IMG/VR virus record: IMGVR_UViG_3300006750_000004
Coordinates: 1 to 64,000 of that record
Source: a virus
Strand: one strand, 5' to 3'
Length of the DNA stretch: 64,000 nt
Part shown: positions 50,349 to 58,227 of the stretch, in pieces
Position numbering within the stretch: the first letter of the stretch is position 1
Layout of the letters: each line of letters opens with the position of its first letter
Notes under the pieces: model-generated
Seen by the model: only the letters and a program-made list of their open reading frames with translations
Databases searched by the model: none
Told to the model about the DNA's origin: nothing
Made by a program: the position numbers and the translations under genes

Positions 50349-51632
50349 ATGAATTACTTTGAACTTGAATTATCCCGTGTGCTTGGGGAAGCATTACAAG
50401 ATAGTGGTCTGGTTGCACAAAAACTTGGCATAGATCTAGAAGTATTGCAACAGATCTTGGATAAAACGGACCCAACTGCGCACGGCAAGTATGCACAATT
50501 TATTGCTAAGTTGATGCTGCGAAAGCTTGTAAATCTTCCAAAAGATCGTGAACGAGTGTACCAAGCTCTAAGTGCGTTCGATAAGTTTAAAAAACACATT
50601 AAGCTCAAGGATATCAATCAATACAAATCTCTAGAAGATCTTGAAAAAACAGTTGACCCTTTCTTAGCAAAGATCTCTAACCGAAAAGGTGGTTCTGGAG
50701 ATATCTTTGGGCTTTCTGGAGTGACCCAAATCGATCGAGAAGGTGATTTCAGTCTGACAAAAGTTAGTAACCGCCGGTCACTAGAAGAAATTTCGAAAAA
50801 CACTAAATGGTGCACAAAAGCAAAGCTTGGCAAAGCTTTGACGTATCTCAAGACGTATAATCGCCTCTATCATGTTTTTTATAAAAACAAACCTGTCTTG
50901 ATGCTTACTCCGGACCTCTCCCAAATCATGGATCATGATAATGAGCCATATAATTTCGAAGATAAGAGAGTAAATCGGCTTATTTCATTTCTCAAGCCTT
51001 CCTGGTTACCAGAGGGGGTAGGTGAATATGCGACGTATTCTGTCTTTGCTGATGTAAGTCCTGAATTCATTCAGCAATATATTGTACTAGAGATACAGGA
51101 CGAGGTCGCGAATAGCATCAAGCGGTTCAATCAGGCACAGGAAAGGATGACCCCCGGCCCAGCGAGCCGTGAATCGCATGTGGGGCTACCTGTTGGGCCG
51201 AGGTGGAAAAGGACAATGCAATGGTCTGACTCGCATGATCGCATAGTGGAATCTTGTACTCCGAAAGCCAAGCATATAATATATAAAAAATTCAAATTTT
51301 TTGCGTACATGAGTACGGATGGCCAGCCAGCCCACGTCAATGGCTGGAGAAGCCCATCACGCCCGGTGGATGTGGCGGTTGGACTCAATCGATTCTACAT
51401 TCTCAATTATGCTTCTATGCCTCTTTATAAAGCACTCGTAGAAGCTGGTGTCCCTAATGATGAATTGCCGCGTTTTCGGAATAGGGCTCGGTCGGCTTGG
51501 AAACCTTATAAAGCACTCGTAGAAGCTGGTGTCCCTAATGATGAATTGCCGCGTTTAGAAGAGTCTAACTTTAGTCTTTCCGGAGAGCGCTGGTCGCTCG
51601 TGAATGCGCGCCCGCGCGCGCGCGGCTACTGA
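50349..51632 (+). CDS. Large-phage family protein (DPT..KY / KDINQYKS / TKWCT motifs)
   Basis: Motifs recalled from a multicopy jumbo-phage family; C-terminus has a duplicated peptide. Confidence 0.6.
   Translation: MNYFELELSRVLGEALQDSGLVAQKLGIDLEVLQQILDKTDPTAHGKYAQFIAKLMLRKLVNLPKDRERVYQALSAFDKFKKHIKLKDINQYKSLEDLEKTVDPFLAKISNRKGGSGDIFGLSGVTQIDREGDFSLTKVSNRRSLEEISKNTKWCTKAKLGKALTYLKTYNRLYHVFYKNKPVLMLTPDLSQIMDHDNEPYNFEDKRVNRLISFLKPSWLPEGVGEYATYSVFADVSPEFIQQYIVLEIQDEVANSIKRFNQAQERMTPGPASRESHVGLPVGPRWKRTMQWSDSHDRIVESCTPKAKHIIYKKFKFFAYMSTDGQPAHVNGWRSPSRPVDVAVGLNRFYILNYASMPLYKALVEAGVPNDELPRFRNRARSAWKPYKALVEAGVPNDELPRLEESNFSLSGERWSLVNARPRARGY
51425..51556 (+). repeat. Two perfect 51-bp direct repeats separated by 30 bp
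   Basis: 51425-51475 equals 51506-51556; encodes YKALVEAGVPNDELPR twice. Confidence 0.95.
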
Positions 51633-51840
51633 TGAAATCCTATCGCGCTCCTCAATGGGCACGCCCCTAGCGACGTCCTAAATACGGACGTGCTTCTTCT
51701 TGAATTCGGGCGTTGCCGATAGTGGTGTCAGTCTTGATTAGATCAATGGCTATCAAGACCATGGTTGGACATTGCTTGAATTTAACCAGTACGAATCCGC
51801 TGCAACAATGTAGAAACTTAACTTTCGTACAGGAGATCCT

Positions 51841-52629
51841 ATGGGCTTTTTCAGAATGCCGGATATTTTCTATACCAAACCGGCACCGCCAACTCTCTTC
51901 AAGGAACGCTACGGCAAGAAGCCGATGCAGACCATCAACGTCCGAATCCCGGACGGCGACGGCCCCTTCCCCACGATCTTTCTTATCCACGGAGGCCAAT
52001 GGAAGAAAGCCTACACTCACAAGCAGATGGAATACCTGGCCGAAGAACTAAAAGCCCAAGGAATCACTACCTGCAACCTCGAATTCAAAAGACTCGGACA
52101 CATTGACGGCGGATATCCAGGCACCTTCCGCGACCTCCTAGATGGCATAGCATACTGCCTCCAACACGCCAACGAATGGAAGCTAGACACTAATAAGCTC
52201 TCAATTCTTGGTCACTCATCAGGAGCCCACCTAGCATTCTGCCTATGCGGAGCTAAAGACTTCGACGGGCATGCCCTCAGCCCCGACAGTGCCTTAGGCT
52301 TCACCCCTTACTCTGCGATCGGCATCGCTGGTGTCTACGATCTGCGAAACGCCAGAGAGGGCTTACAGACCCCGATCAACGATTTCTTCGGCGATCACCC
52401 CAAGCTCTCACCAATTGAAATGCTGCCGACCGGAATCCGGCAACGGCTCATTGTCGGCGACCAAGATAAGCTGACCGAGCAAGCCCTCAGCTACGTCGAA
52501 GCAGCCCAAGAAGCTGGAGAAGACATCACCTTCACTCTGGTCAAAGGTTGCTCACATTTTCGGGTCATTGATCCAACATTCGAAGGATGGGCGACCATCC
52601 TAAACGCCATCACCGAAATAACCAAGTGA
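51841..52629 (+). CDS. Alpha/beta hydrolase (HSL-like esterase)
   Basis: IHGG.W, GHSSG, GDQD, HF; AGGAG SD. Confidence 0.88.
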   Translation: MGFFRMPDIFYTKPAPPTLFKERYGKKPMQTINVRIPDGDGPFPTIFLIHGGQWKKAYTHKQMEYLAEELKAQGITTCNLEFKRLGHIDGGYPGTFRDLLDGIAYCLQHANEWKLDTNKLSILGHSSGAHLAFCLCGAKDFDGHALSPDSALGFTPYSAIGIAGVYDLRNAREGLQTPINDFFGDHPKLSPIEMLPTGIRQRLIVGDQDKLTEQALSYVEAAQEAGEDITFTLVKGCSHFRVIDPTFEGWATILNAITEITK

Positions 52630-52859
52630 GAACTTACATCTACGAAATAGCCGGAATCCACGCTGTCGTCGTCGCACCCAACTCGGTGGCAGCGTGGAAG
52701 AAGGTCCGTACCAAATACCAAGCATCGCCGAGATTGTTATGGAGCACCGACTTACCCACCGACGAGGCGGAGGTAATCTGCCAGATTACTACGACGCCAC
52801 ATGGCACTATATCGTGCGAGAGTGGAAGCATGATGGCCCCAACGAGTACCTCGCAATAG
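52626..52859 (+). CDS. Hypothetical protein
   Basis: GTGA overlap with the hydrolase stop. Confidence 0.4.
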   Translation: MRTYIYEIAGIHAVVVAPNSVAAWKKVRTKYQASPRLLWSTDLPTDEAEVICQITTTPHGTISCESGSMMAPTSTSQ

Positions 52860-52974
52860 CCACAGATGGCTGCACCGACAACATTAACACAGCATACCAG
52901 ATCTGTAACAGTTCCAATAGGCCAAGGCACATTTTTGACACCCGGCAAGACAAAATCATCTACAGGAGCTACTG

Positions 52975-53190
52975 ATGAAAACTTCTGACGACGAACTGGC
53001 TGTCCGTAAAGTGAGTGAAGAGTTGCTCGACGCAGCCGTCCTCACTGAGAGCGCACTAGTCCACTTCGAAGACATCATCGTATCAGAACCAAGCGACAGT
53101 TTCGCCGCCGCTGTGATCCTCGCCCTCAAATCCGCTCATAACGTAATGAGCAAAGCATCCGACGATCTGACGAAAGTAGTGGGAGAATGA
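52975..53190 (+). CDS. Hypothetical helical protein
   Basis: AGGAG SD, 71 aa. Confidence 0.6.
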   Translation: MKTSDDELAVRKVSEELLDAAVLTESALVHFEDIIVSEPSDSFAAAVILALKSAHNVMSKASDDLTKVVGE

Positions 53191-53616
53191 TCAATATGCG
53201 ATTTCCTGGAATCCCTGCCATTGTTGCCAGCTAATAACATTCCAATTATCGCCATAATTGATTAGCCAAGATACACCATATGTGTCAGTTACCCAAATCA
53301 CAAATAGATCGTTAGTGAAATTTGGATCGCGTCCTGGAGTTATAACACGTCCAACTGGGAGGGTGGCGAAGTAACTGGGTACGACTGGAACGTCCTGATC
53401 CAACTCACCAAATCGACGACCATCAGGAAGTCCTTCTAGGATCCCATGTTTGTCGACAATATTGATCACGCCATTATTCTCTATTGCTTTGATACCCTCT
53501 TGATGGAAATAAGCAGCTATTTGTTCGGCTTCTTGTCGATTAGAACCATCATCGAATTGGTCGTTGTCTTCGAGACCGTCGTAGTCGGATGATTCGGTGA
53601 TATATTTAAGTTTCAT
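53191..53616 (-). CDS. YxGLED-tag family protein (1 tag)
   Basis: MKLKYITESSDYDGLEDNDQF followed by a unique domain. Confidence 0.75.
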   Translation of the reverse strand: MKLKYITESSDYDGLEDNDQFDDGSNRQEAEQIAAYFHQEGIKAIENNGVINIVDKHGILEGLPDGRRFGELDQDVPVVPSYFATLPVGRVITPGRDPNFTNDLFVIWVTDTYGVSWLINYGDNWNVISWQQWQGFQEIAY

Positions 53617-54422
53617 TAGTACTCGGCTGCACTGAAGATGTCTAATATTGCTTGGATGTCTTCTTCTTTGAGTTCTGGGCCGTTCCAGTCGTACCCAGTT
53701 ACTTCGTCACCCTGAATGGCCAGCCAGCCCACGTCAAGGCGGTCGTAGTAGAGAGTTAATCTACCTATGAATGGTTTGAAAGTTGGGTCAGGACTTCCTG
53801 CTTCTTGAGTAGCCAATAATTCAGCTTTTCTGGCTGGGTCTATATCCACGGGCTCGGGGTCTGCCGCATCACCGCCAGCTAGGGCATCGCCAGCTACGCG
53901 CGCGCGAATATTATCCACCATTGTGGTGCCGGGTTGTCCGGCTACTTGTATTTCAATAATCCAGGATCGTGATCCTTCTTCATTCTGGTCTTCTGGAACT
54001 GATGTTACATCTATTTGAACCCACCTGTCCATCATGTCGACAAGATGGAGACCCTCTTCACCGTGTGGGTCGTAGAATCTGTCGTTGTCTTCGAGACCGT
54101 CGTAGTCGGATGATTCGGTGAGCTTCGGACGCTTACGGAGATCCGAAGGGAACGCTGATTTTATACATTTTTTACATTGTCCAGATGACCCGAAACTCGG
54201 CAGTTCGCCACAAAATCCACAAAACAGATAATCACATTCAGTACAAGAAGCAAGGGATCGTTCATAACCACTCACATCACAATAATCACAATTTTCCATT
54301 GTATCTTGATCATCGTCATCTGGTTCCTCGATGAATTCGTCGGCGTCTTCGAGGCCGTCATAATCAGATTCGTCCGGATCTTCCGAAATCATTCTGGCTA
54401 TTTTTTTAGGGTCAATTTTCAT
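53616..54422 (-). CDS. YxGLED-tag family protein (2 tags; Zn finger plus second cargo)
   Basis: MKIDPKKIARMISEDPDESDYDGLEDADEF, four CxxC, KLTESSDYDGLEDNDRF. Confidence 0.75.
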   Translation of the reverse strand: MKIDPKKIARMISEDPDESDYDGLEDADEFIEEPDDDDQDTMENCDYCDVSGYERSLASCTECDYLFCGFCGELPSFGSSGQCKKCIKSAFPSDLRKRPKLTESSDYDGLEDNDRFYDPHGEEGLHLVDMMDRWVQIDVTSVPEDQNEEGSRSWIIEIQVAGQPGTTMVDNIRARVAGDALAGGDAADPEPVDIDPARKAELLATQEAGSPDPTFKPFIGRLTLYYDRLDVGWLAIQGDEVTGYDWNGPELKEEDIQAILDIFSAAEY

Positions 54423-54459
54423 ATCCGTCTCGTCAGTAAGCTTCAATGTTCTTGGCGTA

Positions 54460-55953
54460 CTATCGCCCGTCATCTCGTCGTCGCCAATCGAGTCGCTCTG
54501 CCTCCTCACAATTCGGACATCGCTCGCAGAAGGGACCGTGGATACAAGAACAAGAGAGAGGTAAGGCCGTAGTGCACCATTGACAATTCCAAAAATCACT
54601 TTGTTCTTGTTTTTCTACACATACATCGCACCACATTGTGTTGCAGGAGGCGCAATAAACACCGTGATTAATTATTGCAAGGGGGGAATCCCCCGTAGAT
54701 TCATCTTCTACTGGTGTGCCACACGTCGTGCATGGTGCACTATACCCTTCCGCATCGCTAAACTCATCGGCATCTTCAAGCCCCGCATATTCGCCAGACT
54801 CTCTAATATTGCTCTCGCGGGCGAAGTCTTCATCAGCTATGCAGTCTTGGCAGATATCAAGCGGGGATATTCCCCGCCATCCTGCATGTGAAGTACAATC
54901 GTCACACATTGATTGATTGCATTTGTAGCAATGTGTGACACGATCCCCTTCTTGCCAGGCAGTTCCACACCAACAAAAAGAATTATCTTGAAATTCATCG
55001 GCATCTTCAAGCCCGGCATATTCATTGGCATCTTCATTCACATTTTCAGGTCCAAGAGAACCATGTCCTTGGCAGTAGTCAGTCCGCTCCCCACAATCCG
55101 GACACGTCTCGCAGTATTCCGCATCGGGATCGCAAAATTCGTCGGCGTCCTCGAGTCCCTCGTATGATTCGTTTACGTTGCGTTTATTGGCGGAAGAGAT
55201 CCATTGTTGACGATTTGAGCGTCTAAAGAATCCTAATGGCCCTTCCCGTCCGTTGAATTCTTCCACATCCTGGTCGTTGGCGACCAGAAGTGCGCCGAGG
55301 TTCTGAATGAATTCTTCACTGTCCAAGTACTCTTTACATGATCGACAATATTGATCGTCCTGCTCTAGATCGTTAGTTCCACACACGCCGCAAACATTTG
55401 GTTCGCCGAATTCGTCGGCGTCCTCGAGTCCGGCATAGTCGGATTCGGTAATATGCTTGAGTTTCATTGGAGACCGACGCGCCTCGGACAACTCGCCGTC
55501 GTTCCAGAGATCCATATCTGGCGGCACAGTTTCCTTATAGTGAGCGAAAGCAATATCTTGGATGGCATCTCTTAGGATAGAGGGCTTTGATCCCAATTGG
55601 GGATTTTGGTTTTGGAACCATTGTTCATATTTGGGGTATTCGGCGAGAATAGCGTCTTTAATGCTATCTAGTTCTGAACACCAGCGACATTTGTCAAGGT
55701 CGTAGTCATTTCCGACAGCCCAAATTGGTGGGCCTGTACGAACTGGCTTTTCGAATGCTTCCGATCTGACGAAGATTATTACACTGTCAATATCCCTACT
55801 TTCTTGTTCGTACATGGTGTGAGCAGTGAAGAGATATGGTCCTACTTTCACTGGGCCATAATTATCTTGTTGCCATTCAGCTACGTCGTCAGTGAATTCG
55901 TCGGCGTCTTCGAGGCCGTCGTAGTCGGATTCGGTGATGTGGCGAAGTTTCAT
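54460..55953 (-). CDS. YxGLED-tag polyprotein (5 tags, multiple Zn fingers)
   Basis: Five Y[DAE]GLEDADEF motifs; internal MKLKHITE; many CxxC pairs. Confidence 0.8.
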   Translation of the reverse strand: MKLRHITESDYDGLEDADEFTDDVAEWQQDNYGPVKVGPYLFTAHTMYEQESRDIDSVIIFVRSEAFEKPVRTGPPIWAVGNDYDLDKCRWCSELDSIKDAILAEYPKYEQWFQNQNPQLGSKPSILRDAIQDIAFAHYKETVPPDMDLWNDGELSEARRSPMKLKHITESDYAGLEDADEFGEPNVCGVCGTNDLEQDDQYCRSCKEYLDSEEFIQNLGALLVANDQDVEEFNGREGPLGFFRRSNRQQWISSANKRNVNESYEGLEDADEFCDPDAEYCETCPDCGERTDYCQGHGSLGPENVNEDANEYAGLEDADEFQDNSFCWCGTAWQEGDRVTHCYKCNQSMCDDCTSHAGWRGISPLDICQDCIADEDFARESNIRESGEYAGLEDADEFSDAEGYSAPCTTCGTPVEDESTGDSPLAIINHGVYCASCNTMWCDVCVEKQEQSDFWNCQWCTTALPLSCSCIHGPFCERCPNCEEAERLDWRRRDDGR

Positions 55954-56004
55954 TGATGCTCCAGAATTTCATTGTATCTTCGCCCAGATGGTGCCGGTAT
56001 TTAA

Positions 56005-56625
56005 CGAGTGACGGTAGCCCAACTGCCGTCGACATAGTGGTGACGTTTACCACGAATGATTTCTGCTAATCTTGATCGGTTGGAGCATCGGTTCTTATGG
56101 TGTTCTTGTGGCTTCCTTCGGGGAGTCCGGGTCTCGACAAAGTCGGGTCACCTGCTTCCAACCACCTTACAGGACGTAAGGCTTAAAAGAAACACTGGGC
56201 CTATCTGATAATGATTATCGGCTGCCCGAGATTAAGATGACCGCAGGCTTGGTGAGAACATTGTTGGGGTTACCCAGTGTACCAGCAGACAGATTTGAGC
56301 GTCTAAAGAATCCTAATGGCCCTTGTGCAATTATTCAAGATAGTCCGAAGCTCAAGCGTAAAGTCTGTAAGCATTGGCAGTTGTAATATTTCATCAAGTA
56401 ACTCGACGTCCTTGAGAATGCCGAACCTGATAGAGCATTCGGACTCCCTGGCGGGAGTTGATGACGGCAAGGATATGGACCAGGGGTCGACCAGCACAAT
56501 TCTCCCCAAATCGATTTTAGTGTTGGAGCTTTCCTGAAATCTGAGAGCGGCAAGTCCGCTAACCCGCTTAATTTGTCAGAGACTAAATGAAAGTTTTTGG
56601 CGGTTAGGACGGGGGGAAACGATGT
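56005..56625 (+). ncRNA. Candidate large structured non-coding RNA (~620 nt)
   Basis: No credible ORF; more than 10 helices, a C(UUCG)G tetraloop, long-range pairs; G-U pairs favour the + strand. Confidence 0.6.
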
Positions 56626-56644
56626 CTATCTATAATACTTTCAA

Positions 56645-56791
56645 ATGACTAAAATCCAGAAATTGGAAGCCCCTGACTTTCTAATAGCTCTAAAGCTCAC
56701 ACTATTAATATCAGACCACGCTGGGGCAATCGCTGACACGTTGTTTTTATTGGACAAAGCTGGGCAATGTGCAGTCTATCGAAGGGACTAG
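56645..56791 (+). CDS. Small hypothetical protein (48 aa)
   Basis: MTKIQKLEAPDFLIALKL...; TATAAT at 56631; below the track cutoff. Confidence 0.35.
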   Translation: MTKIQKLEAPDFLIALKLTLLISDHAGAIADTLFLLDKAGQCAVYRRD

Positions 56792-57081
56792 CCATTATGA
56801 TTCTGCTCGATCCTCGCCAAATCATCCTTGAAGTACTGCTGGCAGGAATGGCAGACAATCAGTTGGCCAGATGGATCTTTTAGATTGAAATTGCTGATAC
56901 AATCGCTGCAGAAGTATGCATTTCGGCATCCATCACAACGGAACAACATATGTATTCCGAGTCCGCATGCGTCACATGTTTCCTTATCAACGAACTTGTC
57001 ATCGTCTTCGAGGCCGTCATAATCAGATTCGTCCGGATCTTCCGAAATCATTCTGGCTATTTTTTTAGGGTCAATTTTCAT
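56788..57081 (-). CDS. YxGLED-tag family Zn-finger protein
   Basis: MKIDPKKIARMISEDPDESDYDGLEDDDKF plus four CxxC. Confidence 0.75.
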   Translation of the reverse strand: MKIDPKKIARMISEDPDESDYDGLEDDDKFVDKETCDACGLGIHMLFRCDGCRNAYFCSDCISNFNLKDPSGQLIVCHSCQQYFKDDLARIEQNHNG

Positions 57082-57550
57082 GAATTATACGCCTATTTAT
57101 CGGAGGTTCGCCGGGGAGCCAACCATGATCGTCGGCATACCAAGCACGACCACCTGCCCCGTTTTTGGTCACAATGGCCCATTCATTTTCATTATCGATT
57201 TCTATTTCATAAGTATTATCGATCCCCCAATGTTCGTTTTTAGGATTATCTATTGTTGTTATATAACTATCTGGTTCTGACACCTCGTCTTCGTCATCTC
57301 CAGAAGGGAAATCAGCATCTATATATAATACTCCAAGCTTACCATGGCCCGCTGATACATATCCAGCTTCAACATTATAATGATTGAGAAAGTCTGCAAA
57401 GTTACCATTTTCATCCCCAAACTCATCGGCATCTTCAAGCCCCGCATATTCGTCATCTTGTTTGTTAGATATGTATTCATCGGAGCGATCACTAGGAATA
57501 TTCGGATCTTCCGAAATCATTCTGGCTATTTTTTTAGGGTCAATTTTCAT
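57071..57550 (-). CDS. YxGLED-tag family acidic protein
   Basis: MKIDPKKIARMISED...EYAGLEDADEF. Confidence 0.75.
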   Translation of the reverse strand: MKIDPKKIARMISEDPNIPSDRSDEYISNKQDDEYAGLEDADEFGDENGNFADFLNHYNVEAGYVSAGHGKLGVLYIDADFPSGDDEDEVSEPDSYITTIDNPKNEHWGIDNTYEIEIDNENEWAIVTKNGAGGRAWYADDHGWLPGEPPINRRIIHEN

Positions 57551-57639
57551 TTGCAAGCCTTATAATATAGAACTTTTTGATCACCAAGGGCCTGCTTCTC
57601 TAGACCATCTTTCCCAGGTACCCTCTTCTATTTCGTATT

Positions 57640-58143
57640 TCACACACGGTTTGTGCTGGCGGCAAGTTGTGCTGCGACGATTCGTGCTGCAATAATATTG
57701 GCAGCTACTGTGGGTTTGGTTCTGAGTGATGCTTGTGCTTGGGAGGTGAAATTAGCGACTATATTATCACCAATTTGTTGGAATTTATCGATTCCGGCTA
57801 GTCCATTATCAGCTCCGGCTGGAGAGCCATCCCGAAGTCGATTCCCGCCGATTCCATATGCTTGGCATGATTTAGCTAATTCATGTTCGATTAATTTTTC
57901 TAGTTTGATTGTCATTTCTTCTGGTGATTTGTTGATTATCCATTCGCGTAGTGGTCGGTCTTCGATACAATCGGTGCATACTTCTTCTGGTTCATGTTGC
58001 CGATGGGAGTATCGCCATCGTATTATATCTGCTGCATTAGATCCTATTCCGCAATCGACACATCCATCCGAGAATTGGTCATCGTCCTCGAGACCATAGT
58101 AGTCGGATTCTTGGTCGTTTTCGATTATGTGTCGTAGTTTCAT
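57640..58143 (-). CDS. YxGLED-tag family protein with Zn ribbon
   Basis: MKLRHIIE...DYYGLEDDDQF, CVDC..CTDC. Confidence 0.72.
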   Translation of the reverse strand: MKLRHIIENDQESDYYGLEDDDQFSDGCVDCGIGSNAADIIRWRYSHRQHEPEEVCTDCIEDRPLREWIINKSPEEMTIKLEKLIEHELAKSCQAYGIGGNRLRDGSPAGADNGLAGIDKFQQIGDNIVANFTSQAQASLRTKPTVAANIIAARIVAAQLAASTNRV

Positions 58144-58183
58144 ATTCTAATTTTGGCGGGATGTAGATAAAAGATATGATGAA

Positions 58184-58227
58184 ATTTTGTGTGAGAAATG
58201 AGTATATTTTGTGTGAGAAATGAGTAT
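58184..58227 (+). repeat. 22-bp tandem duplication spanning a start codon
   Basis: ATTTTGTGTGAGAAATGAGTAT twice. Confidence 0.92.

Larger units (their letters stand above)
53560..58143 (-). repeat. Dispersed repeat family encoding the leader/YxGLED tag (11 copies)
   Basis: Exact matches: 79 bp 54344-54422 = 57003-57081; 48 bp of this also at 57503-57550; 41 bp 53560-53600 = 54081-54121; 34 bp 54760-54793 = 57419-57452. Confidence 0.93.

Noticed and set aside
51425-51556. Mini-CRISPR (51-bp repeat, 30-bp spacer)
   Set aside because: Only two copies, in frame within a CDS, non-palindromic and longer than typical repeats.
56337-56590. Group I intron core (R-like TCAGAGACTA at 56576, S-like AAGATAGTCC at 56337)
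   Set aside because: The elements are in reverse order, no interrupted host gene is evident and no convincing P3/P4/P6 was found; kept only as an unclassified ncRNA candidate.
56005-56625. tmRNA, RNase P or tRNA identity
   Set aside because: No tRNA-like acceptor ends or T-loop, and no GAGGAAAGTCC-type P4 signature with its partner.
53560-58143. CRISPR array interpretation of the dispersed repeats
   Set aside because: Repeats are in-frame coding, vary mostly at codon level and have irregular spacing of 120 bp to over 1 kb; no cas genes in the window.
53191-58143. Diversity-generating retroelement
   Set aside because: No reverse transcriptase in the window, and the repeat pairs are exact rather than adenine-specifically mutated.
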